Source: Takakia lepidozioides (taxonomy: Eukaryota; Plantae; Bryophyta). From it: a stretch of DNA of 58,765 bases. Shown one piece after another: positions 55,301-58,765 of this stretch. Numbering within the stretch: position 1 is the first letter of the stretch; each line of letters opens with the position of its first letter. The DNA is taken from assembly GCA_030704615.1 (NCBI GenBank), contig JAKLZA010000367.1:1-58765 (forward strand). The letters run 5' to 3'. Both the position numbers and the translations under genes were made by a program. Under the pieces are notes generated by a model, which was not told the DNA's origin, ran no database searches, and saw only the letters and a program-made list of their open reading frames with translations.

Positions 55301-58300
55301 TTGTAAGGCATGCAACATGGTCACAAATTTATTTTCTTTTAAAGAACGTCCACCACCCATCAGCCAGACAGGTGTAAACATGCCATGGAACATAAATTAA
55401 GCCTGGAGATATCACTCCAGAACCAACTTACAACCAATATAAATGTGACTGATTTATTACACCATGCTTAAACACTTGCATAGTAGTTTCTAAGTAAGAG
55501 AAACGTACATAGGGCTGTATGGGCATTAAGAAAGAGAACATCAGGTCTTGATGTGTTGTTTCAAAGCATTATCAACCCCATGCAACAGTAAAAACACATC
55601 ACATTAAAAACCAGCCTGCCCTCAAATATAAACAGGTCTGTTTGACTTATCAAAAGCAAGACATGGCCTTAAAACTTTGTGAAGTCCAAATCAGCACCCT
55701 GCCAGAATTAAAGGCATGCTCAACAGATATCAGCTAGCAGCAGGTTACATTCCTCAAGAGCCACAACGGGCTTTCAAAGAAATTGTCTTTTACAACAGCC
55801 TTCTCAGGTACCCTGCAGAGTAGTTTACCAAGCAGAAAAGGAGAGATAGAGCTGTTGGAACTGATTGTAAGGCATGCAACATGGTCACAATTTATTTTCT
55901 TTTAAAGAACGTCCACCACCCATCAGCCAGACAGGTGTAAACATGCCATGGAACATAAATTAAGCCTGGAGATATCACTCCAGAACCAACTTACAACCAA
56001 TATAAATGTGACTGATTTATTACACCATGCTTAAACACTTGCATAGTAGTTTCTAAGTAAGAGAAACGTACATAGGGCTGTATGGGCATTAAGAAAGAGA
56101 ACATCAGGTCTTGATGTGTTGTTTCAAAGCATTATCAACCCCATGCAACAGTAAAAAACAATCACATTAAAAACCAGCCTGCCCTCAAATATAAACAGGT
56201 CTGTTTGACTTATCAAAAGCAAGACATGGCCTTAAAACTTTGTGAAGTCCAAATCAGCACCCTGCCAGAATTAAAGGCATGCTCAACAGATATCAGCTAG
56301 CAGCAGGTTACATTCCTCAAGAGCCACAACGGGCTTTCAAAGAAAATTGTCTTTTACAACAGCCTTCTCAGGTACCTGCAGAGTAGTTTACCAAGAGTAG
56401 TTTAGAAAAGGCAGCAGAAAAGGAGCTAGTTGCTGTGAACTGATTGTAAGGCAATGCAACATGTCACCAATTTATTTTCTTTTAAAGAACGTCCACCACC
56501 CTCAGCCAGACGGTGTAACATGCCATGGAACATAAATTAAGCCTGGAGATATCACTCAGAACCAACTTACAACCAATATAAATGTGACTGATTTATTACA
56601 CCATGCTTAAACACTTGCATAGTAGTTTCTAAGTAAGAGAAACGTACATTAGGCTGTATGGGCATTAAAGAAAGAAGAACATCAGGTCTTGATGTGTTTG
56701 TTTCAAAGCAATTATCAACCCCATGCAACAGTAAAAACAATCACATTAAAACCCAGAGCCTGCCCTCAATATAAACAGGTCTGTTTGCACTTATCAGCCT
56801 GCCCTCAAATATAAACAGGTCTGTTTGACTTATCAAAAGCAAGACATGGCCTTAAAACTTTGTGAAGTCCAAATCAGCACCCTGCCAGAATTAAAGGCAT
56901 GCTCAACAGATATCAGCTAGCAGCAGGTTACATTCCTCAAGAGCCACAACGGGCTTTCAAAGAAAATTGTCTTTTACACACAGCTTCTCAGGTACCCTGC
57001 AGAGTAGTTTCCAAGCAGAAAAGGAGAGATAGAGCTGTTGGAACTGATTGTAAGGCATGCAACATGGTCACAAATTTATTTTCTTTTAAAGAACGTCCAC
57101 CACCTCAGCCCAGACAGGTGTAAACATGCCATGGAACATAAATTAAGCCTGGAGAATATCACTCCAGAACCAACTTACAACCAATATAAATGTGACTGAT
57201 TTATTACACCATGCTTAAACACTTGCATAGTAGTTTCTTCTAAGTAAGAGAAACGTACATAGGGCTGTATGGGCATTAAGAAAGAGAACTCATCGGTCTT
57301 GATGTGTTGTTCAAAGCATTATCAACCCATGCAACAGTAAAAAACATCACATTAAAAACCAGCCTGCCCTCAAATATAAACAGGTCTGTTTGACTTATCA
57401 AAAGCAAGACTGGCCTTAAAACTTTGTGAGTCCAAATCAGCACCCTGCCAGAATTAAGGCATGCTCAACAGATATCAGCTAGCAGCAGGTTACATTCCTC
57501 AAGAGCCACAACGGGCTTTCAAAGAAATTGTCTTTTACAACAGCCTTCTCAGGTACCCTGCAGAGTAGTTTACCAAGCAGAAAAGGAGAGATAGAGCTGT
57601 TGGAACTGATTGTAAGGCATGCAACATGGTCACAAATTTATTTTCTTTTAAAGAACGTCCACCACCCATCAGCCAGACAGGTGTAAAATGCCATGGAACA
57701 TAAATTAAGCCTGGAGATATCACTCCAGAACCAACTTACAACCAATATAAATGTGACTGATTTATTACACCATGCTTAAACACTTGCATAGTAGTTTTCT
57801 AAGTAAGAAAACGTACATAGGGCTGTATGGGCATTAAGAAAGAGAACATCAGGTCTTGATGTGTTTTCAAAGCATTATCAACCCCATGCACAGTAAAAAC
57901 ACCATCACATAAAAACCAGCCTGCCCTCAAATATAAACAGGTCTGTTTGACTTATCAAAAGCAAGACATGGCCTTAAAACTTTGTGAAGTCCAAATCAGC
58001 ACCCTGCCAGAATTAAAGGCATGCTCAACAGATATCAGCTAGCAGCAGGTTACATTCCTCAAGAGCCACAACGGGCTTTCAAAGAAATTGTCTTTTACAA
58101 CAGCCTTCTCAGGTACCCTGCAGAGTAGTTTACCAAGCAGAAAAGGAGAGATAGAGCTGTTGGAACTGATTGTAAGGCATGCAACATGGTCACAATTTAT
58201 TTTCTTTTAAAGAACGTCCACCACCCATCAGCCAGACGGTGTAACATGCCATGGAACATAAATAAGCCTGGAGATATCACTCCAGAACCAACTTACAACC

Positions 58301-58765
58301 AATATAAATGTGACTGATTTATTACACCATGCTTAAACACTTGCATAGTATTTCTAAGTAAGAGAAACGTACATAGGGCTGTATGGGCATTAAGAAAGAG
58401 AACATCAGGTCTTGATGTGTTGTTTCAAAGCATTATCAACCCCATGCAACAGTAAAAACAATCACATTAAAACCAAGCCTGCCCTCAATATAAACAGGTC
58501 TGTTTGACTTATCAAAAGCAAGACATGGCCTTAAAACTTTGTGAAGTCAATCAGCACCCTGCCAGAATTAAAGTCAATGCTCACAGATATCAGCTAGCAG
58601 CAGGTTACATTCCTCAAGAGCCACAACGGGCTTCAAAAGAAAATTTGTCTTTTACAACAGCCTTCTCAGGTACCCTGTCAGAGTAGTTTACCAACAGAAA
58701 GGAGAATAGAGCTGTTTGGAACTGATGTAAAGGCATCAACATGTCACAAATTTATTTTCTTCTTT

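Larger units (their letters stand above)
1389..58765. repeat. Tandem (satellite) array, 565-bp monomer, head-to-tail, ~101-102 copies, running off the window end
   Basis: GAACGTCCAC recurs at 17491 and 18056 (565 bp apart). Lines starting CTGCCAGAAT recur every 6780 bp = 12 x 565 (17281, 24061, 30841, 37621, 44401, 51181). Homology starts at AAGTAACATAAACATACATAGG (~1389) versus consensus AAGTAAGAGAAACGTACATAGG. Confidence 0.99.

Overview
Eukaryotic, most likely plant, non-coding DNA. The inference rests on a TAGGGTTTAGGG telo-box-type motif, an (AG)16 microsatellite and GC-rich/AT-rich blocks. About 1.4 kb of flank (1-1388) is followed by a head-to-tail tandem array of a 565-bp unit running from ~1389 to the window end (~101-102 copies). 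The array has four zones: substitution- and deletion-bearing copies at the left edge; a zone of scattered 1-bp indels (~3-17 kb); ~35 kb of apparently identical copies (~17.2-52.7 kb); and an increasingly noisy right end that looks like low-coverage long-read sequence. No ORF looks like a real gene; those in the array are frameshift by-products of the same unit. The leads are: (i) each unit has a PBS-like / polypurine tract / TGTTG...CAACA arrangement reminiscent of a tandem-amplified miniature LTR retroelement (TRIM-like; suggestive only), (ii) the unit is rich in short dyad symmetries, and (iii) the flank has a degenerate 70-80-bp repeat built on TTTTCATCC/GGATGAAAA hairpins, resembling a DNA-transposon subterminal region. 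I cannot demonstrate a new biological system from sequence alone.
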